This document shows, in pieces, positions 40,561 to 53,471 of a stretch of DNA of 64,000 bases (the first letter of the stretch is position 1; each line of letters starts with the position of its first letter). Made by a program: the position numbers and the translations under genes. Origin of the DNA: Tubulanus polymorphus (lineage: Eukaryota; Animalia; Nemertea); the NCBI RefSeq assembly GCF_964204645.1, contig NC_134031.1, forward strand, positions 12,774,088-12,838,087, in the 5' to 3' direction. Under the pieces are notes generated by a model that saw only the letters and a program-made list of their open reading frames with translations, made no database searches and was not told where the DNA came from.

Positions 40561-41651
40561 ACTTGCAGCAATGTACCCCAAAAAGTAGTGTTTTCATCAT
40601 ATTTGATTTAAAAAAATTTGTATTTTCTTTTCCCCCAGTTCTTCCAAGACTTGCTTAAAAATATGCAAATTTCTTAAAATGTTGTTGCAGATCGCCTTGA
40701 ATCTAGCAGTGGCACAATCAACCCTATCTTGAAACATTTGAGTTGAATTATCTCGCCTATCGAATGTCATAAGTTATAGTTTGTGGAAAAAAGAATTTTT
40801 GGACTATTTGTTTTATTACCTGTTTTTCTGAAGTAAAGTCATACTTAATGCCCTACTAGGAAAGGCAAACATGATATGCTGGTTTTCCTGGCCATCCTCT
40901 CAGGGTAATGTTCGGAGCACATTTGTATTCACTCATCTTGCTCACAATGGATTTGAATTAAGCTTATAATTTGTTTTACAATTGTTGCACTGTACTCACT
41001 TTTTAATTAACCGTGTCACTCATTGATTTATTTGTCTATTTTTATGCATTAACCCATTAGCACTCAAGCCGCCCGTATCCGCCCTGCCTATTATACTCCT
41101 CAAACCGCCCGAATTCGCCATGACACTTTTTGTAGTCGTACGTGAATGACCACTTTGTTATCCTGTTCAAATTACATCGTCTCCTAGGCCAGTCAAATTC
41201 TTACCGTTCAGTTTTCTCCATAACAACATAATGTCTACACTTTTTGCAGTATACAACGTATTTGTACTATAGATCAAGTTTATTGCGCTGTCCAATATTT
41301 CCGTCATTTGTTTTGGCAATGCCAGCACTTTTGACGTAATTATGGGAAACCACGCATATGATTGGTTGTTACTAGTCAAAGTGTTGAAGTGATCAGTTCG
41401 ACAAGTTTAGTCGCTTAAATATACAGTTATCGCTTTCTAAAAGAAGGCAGTTTTTTTATCCTGACATGGGTTTCATTAAACTTTTCCGATTAGTTTGTCT
41501 AATGTAAGAGGCTAACACGCACATATATAGCAGACACGAGGTGCTATAGCACTGACGCGCATGTCTATAGGAACGTATTATCTTGCCGCTGTGAGTTGAT
41601 GAAATAAACAAAATAATGTATGAATAACATAACAGGAAGTGATTTTGATTT

Positions 41652-42330
41652 TTAGGTCAGTCATACACTGAGCCTATTACTATACTATACAAATGGAGCG
41701 AATTTAATTGACCAGATGGTTCCCAGATGAAAGGCTTTTTCGCTGTACAACCTGAGCATATATTCATGATTTAAATCGTGCCTTCAAGCGTGCCGAATTT
41801 TGAGAAAGGGCCTTGTCAGTTTAGCCGCAGAAGTCATCAGGTGTTCACATGATTTCACTGTATCGATGACTGTTTTATTTGCGGGTTTGATTTTAAGATT
41901 CAAAATTGTATTTCAATATCGATTCCTACGATACACCATTAGTTAATTTGGTTTTTGTGAGGAAGTTTAATTTGCACTTCAGGACCCAGTTCCACAGTTG
42001 TTAGTTAGAGTTAACTGTTTTATCCCAGGGTCAAATCTTAACTCAGAACCGTGGAACTGGACCCTGAATCCTTAACAATTGTTTGGAAAAAAACAGCTTT
42101 TTCTCAAATCGGATAGATGACCTTGATATACATGTTAGCCATGTGCAAGAATTGCAAATTCAATGAAATTTTTATTCCGCAAAAATGTCAAATCCAAGTT
42201 AATTTTACTTTATCGAGCAAAAAATTCAAATTCATCGAATTCCATTTTATTTTATTCTATATTTAGATGTACTCACTAGACAATCGGTAAAGATTGATCT
42301 GATGTATTCATTTGTGCCAGCCCCAGTTTT
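41652..42330. mobile_element. Older diverged R2-family copy
   Basis: GAGCCTATTAC..TATACAAATGGAGCGAATTTAA and the CAGGTGTTCAC / AGCCATGTGC blocks shared with R2. Confidence 0.65.
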
Positions 42331-43164
42331 TCTGTTAGTACTGTTACTTATAGAACACAGTCAGTCTAATGAAAAATGATCTTTGTCATTCGAACCTACC
42401 GGGGCAGGAGAACCGATCACATTTTTGAAGTTTTTTAGTTTCGTGTGCTGCAAAAACGGTTATCGTGTGATTCGAACCCAATTGCTTATGTTTACCTAGA
42501 TACCTAAGTCCTCTAATACCGTACAGAAATCAACATCTTCCTGTTTGAAATTCTCAAGTATTTGGAGTAAGAACATGACGGATCCTAGCGGTCACTTCAA
42601 ACCCAAGTAAGTTTGGATGAATTTCGGGGGCCAAAGGACGTGATTTTGGTGGCCCTTCTCATCAAATCTTATATCATATGAAAGGCTTGACTATTTACTA
42701 CAAAATAATACGAACTTGTTGTGCATGAAAATAAACAGCAAATGATCTTACTGTAGTGAACTAAATCTCACTGTAGTTCACAAACAAAATCCTGCAGTAG
42801 ATCATAGAAACTACAATTCATTATTGTATTTTTTTGTTCCTCTGAAGACTAGTTTTAGTTTTAACCTCGAATCTGTAAGGAAATAAACTGTTTCTACAAT
42901 CTACTGTGGGTTTTTTATTATTTGTTAGCAAATGAGCTATTCGGTAAAGTCGTCAAACTTGGATTTTCTGAGGAGTAATTGACACTACATCATGAAATTC
43001 CTTAGTGCTATAACTAGTAAACGACACATATTTCTATGCGCAAAACAGTTATCCATCTGGTCATTTGACAGCCTGAATTCGTTTTGAATGATTTGTGGTG
43101 CAAAGACTATTGTAACCGGTTTACATACATTTACATTTTCAATACTCTTGTATCTTCACGATAG

Positions 43165-43260
43165 GGATTAGAAGCTTGTTGGGAACGTCATCGAAAGTGT
43201 GCTGAACTGCTATATAAAGCCCTTGCAAATATTGGAGTTCAACTGTTTGTTAAAGATGAA
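43165..43260 (+). CDS. AGXT: AGXT exon d
   Basis: atag acceptor and gtaagt donor. Encodes GLEACWERHRKCAELLYKALANIGVQLFVKDE. Not in the ORF track. Confidence 0.92.
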
Positions 43261-43352
43261 GTAAGTTAAGATTTTGAATGGTATAGATTTTGGATGGTAA
43301 ACATATTTGATTGGTGTATAGCGTTTACCTGTAATTGGTTTTATTTTTTTAG

Positions 43353-43435
43353 AACCACCGCCTTCCCACAGTGAATACAGTCATTATTCCTGATGGTGTT
43401 GACTGGATGAAAGTTGTCAAATATGCTATGGAAAA
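43353..43435 (+). CDS. AGXT: AGXT exon e
   Basis: T-tract plus ag acceptor and gtacgt donor. Encodes NHRLPTVNTVIIPDGVDWMKVVKYAME(K). Phase 2 matches the last exon. Confidence 0.9.
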
Positions 43436-44176
43436 GTACGTAAGCCCTTCTATTGGTGGTTTGTCATAGATTTATTTTTCACTTCGGGGACAAAGCCAAA
43501 GTTTCAGTATTATTGAAATCGGAATATAAGGATTGCATAGTGTGCAAGTATTGCTCCATCCACGTTTGCATGGTATCATGAGGATTTCAGTCGGCAATTT
43601 CACATAAATTCAAAAATGATACTAATTAGAATTCATGTTTCACATTTTCATTGTGGGATCGGCTATTCAGGTAGTTAGTAGTGATAAAGGTATATGTACT
43701 ACCATTGAGTAGAAATGTTTGACGTGTTGTTTATTCGCAAATTATGTTTTGTCTTTAGGGAAACAGGACCCCACTTCAAATATTTGAGTTCTATCCATCT
43801 AGATAGATAGAAGTTAGATGGCACTGTACATTTTTTGGAGGACAAAAATTCACAACAAATGCACTGGAGTCTAATTCTACTTAACGTCCCATTGGCCCTC
43901 TAGTCAGTTTCCTAGTGTCAGTCATTGTCACTGTCACCGATGTCACCATATGAGTGTCTCTTATAGGTCTATCCCTATTGCGTTTTCTAGCATATTAACA
44001 ACACAGCGAATTACAAAACTTTTCACTTATTAGTAAACTTGCATGGCTGTGTAAGGTATAGTAAAGTCAAGCCTTTACCTTTGACTGATTACTGCTAGAT
44101 CCTGACAGCTAAAAGATCTTTTGATTATTTGAGTTTCAAAATAATGTGTCACAATTGGCGCCAGCTATAGGAGAAA

Positions 44177-45628
44177 AGTAATTGGAATATCAGGGGTTCA
44201 GATCAGAGGTCGTGAGAACAACACACCACTCATCACCACAAGTAATTTTTTTTCTAATAAATGGGAGATAGTAAAGCAATTCTTAGCAACAATAAATAAC
44301 AGAATAAAACCAGCAAAAAAACAATTTGAAATAACAAAGTTAGTCGATGTTACAAAAGAAATTGAACACAAAATATTTAAATTAGAAAAGATAAAAACTA
44401 AATACGGAGAGAAAATATCAGCAAATTTAAGTTACTGTAATGTTAGTACAACGCGAGAATTTAAAGTATTTTTACTTGATAAATGGGTTTAATTGAGTAC
44501 AGAGGAATTAAAAGATTTAGAAGTATTTAAAATAATTTACCATGGGAAAAATGAAGATGGTCATCATGATTTAGAAATTATTGATTAAAAAAATAAATTG
44601 ATAATAGAATTAATTAAATATCAAGAATACGAAATGACTTATCTGGATAATTTAATTGATCGAGGCACTGACGAGAACGGTTGAGAGCGTGTTTGCTATA
44701 AACATGGGGAAGGTGACCGCGCTCGGATGGTCCCGGTTCATTAAATTGTTTCAAAATAGAAATATTGGTTAATGAATTAATTTTTTTTTTGCTTTTTTTA
44801 AATCACTCATCACCACAAGTAATTATTTTCTCTAATAAATGGGAGAGAGTGAGTACCAGACAGAAAACAATAATGTTAATAAAAATCAATATTATTGTGC
44901 GTATTGTAAGAAATTCATCGATAAATCTAAAAAATCGCGTCATGAAAAAACTGCAAATCATACAAAAAATGTTATAGATTTTGAGACACCAGAAAATTCC
45001 AATGAAAGGAAAGAACGATTAGAAAATATGAATGTGGATGAAATAAAATGTGAAGTTTGTAATGAATTTATAACAAAAAGGAATTATAGAAGACATCTCG
45101 AACCACACAAACACAAACAAAATTTAAATGAAAATATTTTAGGAACAGAATATTTTGATGATAAACCTCCAAAGTAAAAAAACCAGCTTTAAAAACTAAA
45201 TCTATTTCAAATAAACCTTATATGGAAAATATTATAGAAATTTTATTGATTCACTAGAAATAAAAGATACAATTGAAATTTTAGAAACATTACGTAGTAA
45301 AATTGGTCCTGCAGCTATTATATTTAGATTTTTTAAAGGAGCAACAATAGAAGATTATAGTAAATTTATTGAAATCATGGAAAAATAATAGATTTTGTAA
45401 CAGATGTTGAATATCCAAAAATTAGTATTTCTGGAAAAGTTAGTTTTATAAGTAAAAATGGGGTATAATATTCAAACACACTCTGAAGAAAAAATTTCAA
45501 AAACACAAATAAAAGAGAAATTAGAAAAAATATTTAATGAATTTAAACGTCATATTGAAGAAAGATATTTTGAGGGTTTTGGTTTAGCATTGAATGAAAT
45601 TATATTTTTAGATTTAGATGTTTATAAT
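44177..45628 (+). mobile_element. Polinton element C (left-end remnant)
   Basis: Terminus AGTAATTGGAATATCAGGGGTTCAGATCAGAGGTCG is colinear with the element D terminus. Followed by the small terminal ORF (44261-44588) and a divergent Zn-finger/pPolB N-terminus. Confidence 0.75.
44839..45628 (+). pseudogene. pPolB N-terminal region (element C)
   Basis: YYCAYCKKFIDKSKKSRHEKTANH, IGPAAI, TDVEYPKISIS and EERYFEGFGLALNEIIF are homologous to the pPolB N-termini of A and D. Confidence 0.8.
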
Positions 45629-46750
45629 ACAACAATGCGAGACTTACATTGAATAGAGTTAGAGTCAACACGGATAAAATTAGGTTTAAGGGATCTTTTA
45701 GCTTTATGAAGCGCAAGGTCTAAGACGTAATCTGGATAAGCTAATTTGTTAAGACAATTGCGTACATATAAAATTTCAGATTCAATAAATTCACGGTCAC
45801 AAATCCCCTCTCTCCTATTTTAGCCAATTTATTTTTGGAACATGTTGAAACTGAAATATTGCCTTTGTATACAGATATCCCTCCTAAAGCTTGGTTTCGT
45901 TATGTTGACTATGTTCTCTGCTTGGTTTCTGATAAATTTAACCTTCACTTATTTTCAGAGTTCTTAAATTCACGTTACCCTAGCCTTAAGTTCACATTTG
46001 AATGGGAATCTAATAGTGTGATTCCTTTCCTGGATGTTCTTATACACAATTGTTTTGATCGTCTCCGTTTGTGAGTTTATCGGAAACCCACCCACTCTAA
46101 TTCATATTTGCATTTCTCTTCCTTCACTTGTTTTAATATCAAGTTGTCTGTAGCCCAAGGGTTGTTTCTACGGGCTCTTAGAATTTGTGACCGTGAATTT
46201 ATTGAAATTGAAATTTTATATGTACGCAATTGTCTTAACAAATTAGCTTATCCAGATTACGTCTTAGACCTAGCGCTTCGTAAAGCTAAAAGATCCCTTA
46301 AACCTAATTTTATCCGTGTTGACTCTAACTCTATTCAACGTAAGTCTCGCATTGTTGTCCCTTATGTCCCGTGTTTAGACAAATTGAAACCCACTCTCAA
46401 TGCGCTTGACACTGATATCATATTCAAGTATAATAACAAAATCTCTAGTCATTTATCCAAAAATAATACTGTGCCCAATACTCATGCCAGTGTTTATAAA
46501 ATCCCTTGCTCAGATTGTGATAAATTTTATATAGGTGAAACTGGTCGCTCCCTCAGCATTCGTATTAAAGAGCATAAGAAAGATATTATTAATCAAAAAC
46601 CCCAAAGTGCTGTGGCTACCCACGTTTGGGATACCAATGGTCATCAATTTGATTTTGATAATTCTCGTATAATTTTTCCGTCTCACAGTATGACCCGACG
46701 TCACATAGTTGAGTCGGCTTTAATAAATTCCCATTCAAATTCCTGTGTCA
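45629..46750 (+). mobile_element. Penelope-like retroelement fragment (RT C-terminus plus GIY-YIG) with 5' inverted segment
   Basis: WFRYVD, IPFLDVLI, VYKIPCSDCDKFYIGETGRSLSIRIKEH. 45629-45804 is the reverse complement of ~46183-46359. Confidence 0.9.
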
Positions 46751-46751
46751 A

Positions 46752-47992
46752 TGGTAACCTGCTTTATGGTGTACCGCAGGGACCAGTTCTAGACGTATCG
46801 GCCCCACTCCGTGCGGTTGCGCCACTGCGCGGTATTTACGCGAAGCAGCAGAACACATGGGCACTCTCTCAATTTTCAATGATAGAAATCGTGTGTGCAG
46901 TTCAATAATTTCGGCTGTTAGGGTTTTAAGGCACAATATAAGTTGATGATGTGATATGGCGATGTTACGTAATGATAATTCCGCAGTTAAGCTAGTCACG
47001 AACGGTGCCGATTGAGTGTACAGTTGCCAAAATCACTGAAATGTGCGTACTTGCGTAACTATTTGCAGTGAATTGCATACGAAACATGAAGCCTTAATGG
47101 CTGTTTAAAATAAATTATGCCAATCGCAATTGTAAAATAAAAATGAGATAGAACCTAAGTTAAAATTCTGGCCATTTCTAAAATGTTATTACTAATTTTT
47201 AGTCAGTGCGGAACGTTTAGTTTTCCAACAATAATGAGGGGTGGTAGGTAGTCATGCAATTCAAGTCATCATTTATTACACGTTACTTCCGTGTTGTTGA
47301 AAATCTTGCGAGTCCTGGACCAAACCCCAATGAACAATGTGATCTGTGTGCTGGCCACAAATGCACACAGATCACACTAACTACACTACCCATTACACAC
47401 TCCAGTACCCACAGCTTTCATATATCCATCCAAATATTTAGTGGCTTTCTTCCTGGGTCCTGTTCTCTTCACGATATATACTCTGCCGTTAAGTGATGTG
47501 ATAAGTGTGCCCTATCACCTATATGCTGACGATAACCAGCTGATGGCGTCAGCTCGTTGTGGTGATAGGTCGAGTTGCGGTAACAGTATATCATAAGTAG
47601 AATCGTGCGTTGCGGATGTTAGCAATTGGTTGTTTGATAACAGATTAGCTTTTAATGCCCCAAAGACGGACATGATGAATATTGTTTCGTCACGTCGAAC
47701 TGGTACAATACCTGGTACAATATTAATGTCGGTGATTCATTTATCGAGGCTTCAGATTCCGTTCGTGATCTGGGTGTTATTCTAGATAGAAGCATGAACA
47801 TGCAGTGCCACATTCAATCGATTTGTAGGAAAGCTTATTCCAAGCTATACGGCATAAGTCGGATTAGCTGTTTCCTTGATCGTCCGAGTCTCGAGCGCCT
47901 TATCCATGCGTTTGTTACTTCTATCATAGACTGTAACAACAGTTTACTTAATGGATTACCGCAAAAGTCAATCGCACCACTTCAACGTGTGC
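46752..47992 (+). mobile_element. L2/CR1 RT fragment, interrupted by a ~0.65 kb insert
   Basis: YGVPQGPVL (46766), HLYADDNQL, VRDLGVILD, LIHAFVTSIIDCNNSLLNGLP. Confidence 0.75.
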
Positions 47993-47998
47993 AGTGTT

Positions 47999-48489
47999 AG
48001 TAATAGGGGTAATGGGCTTTCAGATCAAAGGTCGAAAGGTCGAGCTCATAAAAAATGAAAAAAATATTTCTATTTGAATTAGTAGCGAAACTCATAAAAA
48101 ATGAAAAATAATTCTCGCACGCTCGAATTTATTTTTCATTTTTTATGAGTTTCACTCCTAATTCAAATAGAAATCATTATTATTTTCATATTTCATTTTT
48201 TACTCACTCACCCTTTCAACCTTTAACCTGAAAGCCCATTACCCCTATTACTCTTAATATTTATATACATGAATAAAATATATATGAATAACATATAAAT
48301 TGATAGATTATTCAATATAAAAGTGTTAGTAAAGTGTGAGCTCACTTATAAATAGATATATAGATATATTTTAAACATTATTTCAATATTCATATTTGTG
48401 TGAGTTAGATTTTTAAACATTAAAAGTGTTAGTAAAGTGTGATTGAAATAATACATGATATGAATCATTGAACTTCTAAAATCAATTTA
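47999..48489. repeat. Left TIR of element D; first 254 bp form an imperfect palindrome
   Basis: Reverse complement of 59397-59907. Terminal 25-mer reappears inverted at 48228-48252. Confidence 0.93.
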
Positions 48490-48510
48490 AAAAAAAAATT
48501 TAGTATTAAA

Positions 48511-50615
48511 ATGGAAGCAAATAAGTACTACTGTCCAACATGTAATATCAATATAGATAAATCCCAAAAAGCAAGACACAATAAAACTAAAACACATTTA
48601 GAGAATAAATTGAAACTAGAATATAAAGATGATATATTAGAAACTAAATTAGATGAATTAAAGAATGAAAAAGAAATATATAAATGTGATACATGTAATC
48701 TATAATTCAGTGATAAAAGATATTATAAAGAACATTTAAAATCTAAAAGTCATATTAGAAATAAGAATAATGATATTTTAGGTGAAGATTATTTTGATGA
48801 AGATAATGATAAGAAACAGAAGACAATTAAAAGCATAAAAAATGAATTAAACAATAAAAGACCATACATGGAAGATGTAAGAAAATATATTAATTTATTG
48901 GATAATAAAAAAGATATACAGATAACCGAAGCATTTAGAAATGATATTGGCCCAGCAGCTATCGAGTTTAAATTTCATAAAGGAAAAACATTAGAAGAAA
49001 AAAAAACATTTAGAAAATATGAAAGAAATAATAAAAATAATAACTGATGTTGAATATCCTAAAATTAGTATATCAGTTAAAGTAAAGTTTATAAAATCTG
49101 AAGATAAACCAATATATAATATAAATTCTCATTCACAACATATTATATATAAACAACATATAGATGATAAATTAGATAAATGTTATAATGAAGTAAAAAC
49201 TAAAATAGAAGAGAAATATTTTGAAGGATCTGGTTTAATATTTGATGAAATAATATTTATGACTTTACATGTTTATAACACAAAATATAATAAGTTAACT
49301 AAATCAAAACCAATTGATGAAAATAATTTATCATATTATAAAGAACCAGATATTGAAGCATCGAGTTATATTAAACTACCATTTAAAACTAATGCTGTAA
49401 TAAATGTACAAAATGAAGATGATAAATGTTTTCTATGGACAATTATAAGTTGTTTACATCCTGCAACTTATAATATTTGTAGATTAACTCATTATAAACC
49501 ATTTGAAAATAATTATAAGATAGATAAGTATCCCGTTATAATTAAAAACATCCCAAAAATAGAAAGAGATAATAATATAAAGATAAATGTATTTGATTTA
49601 ATCAAATTGCCAAATACAAAAGGTAACAATATAAAACATTATGCATTAGAACCTTTATACCTATCAAAAGATTATGATTCAAACGATGTTATAGATATAC
49701 TATATTATGAGAATCATTATATGTGGATTAAACAAATCGATTTATTTTTTAAATCAGAAACTGATCACCATAAAATATATCTTTGTAGAAAATGTTTACA
49801 TAAATTCAGTAATGAAAGTACATTATGAAGTACAGTGAAAATTATGATTATTGTAAATTAGTTTTACCAAATGAAAAGGATAAAATATTAGAATTCAAAA
49901 AATATGATTACAAAAATAAAGTACCATTTGTAATATATGGAGATTTTGAATCATTAAATAAAGAATTAACTGATCAATATTTAATTATAAAGATAAAAAA
50001 GTAAGAGACCATGATCATTTGAACGGAAAGGTTTGAGGCGCCGCGCATGAGAATTGTAACTTACAAGCTAAGAAAATTAATTTTGTACCAGTTATATTTC
50101 ATAATCTATCAGGATATGATGCACATTTATTCATCAAACAGTTATGCCATAAAATAGAAGAAATTAATAATGAAATAGAAAGATTAAATTCAAATAGATC
50201 AAAAGATAAAATACCAACTTATAAATTTAGAATGTTAGCTAAAACATCTGAGAATTATATATCATTCCAATTTGGTTGCCTAAGATTTATAGATTCATAT
50301 AGATTTTTAAATAGTTCATTAGATAACTTATCAAAATCATTAGTTGATGATGAATTAAAAATATTAAAACAACACTACCCAAATAATGATGATTTCCAAT
50401 TAATGAGATATAAAGGAGCAATTCCATATTCTTTCTATAAAAATCATAATGATTTTAACATAACTGAATTATTGAAAGAACAATTCTATGATGAATTAAA
50501 AAATGAATATGTTAAAGATGAAGTATATAATAGAACATTGAATATTTGGAATCATTTCAAAATAGAAAATCATGGACAATTAGTAGATTCATATCTAAAA
50601 TCAGATGTATTATTA
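48511..50615 (+). pseudogene. pPolB (element D), N-terminal and exonuclease half only
   Basis: Highly similar to element A pPolB. YGDFES, FHNLSGYD, YLKSDVLLL, then cut by R2. Contains stops, frameshifts and an internal deletion near 49980. Confidence 0.92.
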
Positions 50616-53005
50616 TTAGGCCAGCCGTAGGCTGAGCCTATTACTATACAAATGGAGCGAATTTAAATGACATGGTTTCCACACAAAAGGCTCTTTTGCT
50701 TGCCAAGTGAGGGCATATTCGAACAAATCACGTATTTAAGCGTAATCCATTCTCGGAATCGTAGCGAGCAGAATTTTGAAATAGGGTCTCATAAAAATGT
50801 TTTCTGCATTTTTCACGAAAGTTAAATCGGGAAAATTTCAATTTTTATCAGCCAATCAGGAAGTTGTGTCTTCCCTGTGATTGGTTTATCTGAAAATATC
50901 AGCAGCTGTTCACGTGAATTATCGCGATTTCATTACTGGCGCTTTTGCGCATGACGTCATGTATCAACACGCGACAATACTTCCGCGTTCGCTACGTGTT
51001 CGCTGATTGGCCCATTTACTGGGAAATTCCACAGAAGCCTAATGTGGTTTGTTACAAGCGCTGTGATTGGCCCGACCCGATTCTGGCATGGCTTTAGCTT
51101 AGTGGGTTCGAATCCCTTGACGGGTGAAGATGATGGATCCTATCAATATCTATTGAAACAAATAAGTTTCCCGGTTGGGCAGCCGCGGATATCTACCGGA
51201 AGTGTTCCGGTTCGATATTTCGAGGTTTCTTTGAATTTTGGAGTGATATTGAAATCCGGTAAATACCAGCGGTAGATTGTGAAAACCCATTGCATGATAT
51301 TTGTATTACTTAATCAACGAAAAGCGTCGGGGCCGCGCCAGGAGTTTTCGTGATTCAAGTAGCGCAATAGCCTACTTCTTCGTGTTCGTCCACCTCAATT
51401 TTCACTCCGCCGATCTCTGACACGGCTCTGTCCCCGTCGGCGCTGTGATTGCACTTTCGTACCACCAAAATTTTTTATTTCTATATCAGGGAGGTCTGGA
51501 GAATAAAAAAGTCAAAATTTGGATATCACATAGGCCTGATTCATCGAATAAGTCGACCATGGTCGTTACGTTTCCGTACTTATTACCACCTAAAACCGTC
51601 TGAACAATTTTGTCACAACCAACATTTCGTTTACAGAAATCAGGTGTTCACGTGAATCCGCGGTATCGTCTACTGTTTTACTTCCGGGTTTTATTTTAAG
51701 ATTTAAAATTGTATTTCAAGATCGATTTCTATGAAGTCTTTAGTTGATTTGGTGTTTGGGAGGAATTTTTATTTGCTCTACAGAAAATTCATCCTTGACA
51801 ATTGCGCAAGGTTCGCGAAAAAAAGGTTTTACCAAATCGGGTGTATGACCTTGATATGCTAATTAGCCATGTGCCCGAATTACAAATTCAATCAAATTTT
51901 ATTCTGCCAAAAAAATGTTAAATACAATTCGCTTTCCGAGAGTTAATGGTATGCTGCATGGAACAAAGTTGTTTTGAGATGGGTCTTGAAGCTATTGAGG
52001 TCGAGAGATAACCATCTAGATAGTTCGTGAGAGTTCCAAAGTTTTGAAGAGGCTTCAAGGTAATGTCTTGATATTTGGTTTATACGTGTATCTACCCTAG
52101 ACACATCTTCAGGCCAAAAACTGGCCCTGTCAGATTCAAGATGGCCGACTGGCAGCCATTGTTGTTCGCCAAAATCAGCACTTTTTACACATTTTTGAAG
52201 TTTTCGAGGGAAATTTTGAAGACACTTTTATCAATAACCTTGATTATTCGTATATATTTGTTTCCCCGTGGGCCCATCGGCATGAGAAAAATTGGGTCGA
52301 TCGGACTCAAGATGGCTGTACTGTGACCTTTTTTGTTCCCAAAAATGTCAATTTTGGCCTGAATTCTGAGTACTGTAGCTTTCTAATGGTGTGCCATGTT
52401 TCATTGCAATTTGTAATGGGTATTCTTTGGAAAGGGATCTTTTATATCCGAGAGGGTATTTTTGACCAGGCAATTACGACGCACTTGGCGGCCATCTTGG
52501 AGTCATCAGTACTCATTCGTAGGTGGAAAAAAGTTTTTCCACATCATAATTGATACTTAAGCATATTTTGCTACTATAATCAATAGGAAAGTTGTAGCTC
52601 ATGACGTTCTATGATCGAGGTGAGTTTCAAGCTCATTGGTTTTTGTTTATGGCCACCAGGGGGCGTTGAACAATACAATAACTTAGTATTTCTATATTAC
52701 ATTCGTACCTATGCATATTTTGCTACCACAATCAATTGGAAAGTTGTAGCTCATGACGTGGTCTATGATCTTGGTGAGTTTTAAGCTCATTGGTTTTTGT
52801 ATATGGCCACCAGGGGGCGTTGAACAATACAATAACTTCGTATTTCTATATTACATTCGTTCCTGCTGTCTGTGTTAACACACGATTTTACTATGTAAAT
52901 GATATTGAGCAGGGAGTGTATATTGATAAATATAACCAACAGATTACATCATTTATAAAAAGCAAATCTGACAGGCTGGCCATTGTGCCCCTTGGGGCTC
53001 TTGTT
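50616..53005. mobile_element. Family R2 full-length copy (2.4 kb, contains an R1-like body)
   Basis: Both R2 termini. 52040-52860 is homologous to the R1 body and includes two 154-bp repeats. Confidence 0.88.
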
Positions 53006-53471
53006 TATCTTTATTGTAGAATAAAACTAGAAATCTTATATTCTCCCTAAAGTCTTTAACAATTGAATTATATTTTTGATTTAAAACCCATGTTGTTATC
53101 CCGAAATGTCTCCCAGAGAAAGCTAGATAACATAACTCACTTTCTCTTACTTTTGAATCATGTAAATTTGCGCAATCATCTACAATGAATAATGTATTTG
53201 ATCCTTTATAAGTATCAATTGCTATTTTAATACAATTATCTAAATTTTCTTTTACTGTTTTAGGATCTAATATAATAAACTTTTTTATCTTAACTATATC
53301 TCTATTATATGTTTTATTCATTTCATAAGTAGGACAAAATAATATTATGTTATCAAAATGATTCTTATAAATAGTTTCTAACAAATCTAATATGAAATTT
53401 GTTTTACCACAATTGGTTACTTCAGTTATTAACATATTATGCTGTTCGAATATGAATAAATCTTTATCCAT
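53006..53471 (-). pseudogene. Packaging ATPase (element D), C-truncated
   Basis: EVTNCGKT (Walker A G to E), FIVDD, SGRHFGITTWVLNQ. Confidence 0.88.

Noticed and set aside
43440-43445. GTAAGC as the donor for AGXT exon e
   Set aside because: Gives phase 0, incompatible with the phase-2 acceptor at 61019. GTACGT at 43436 keeps the frame.
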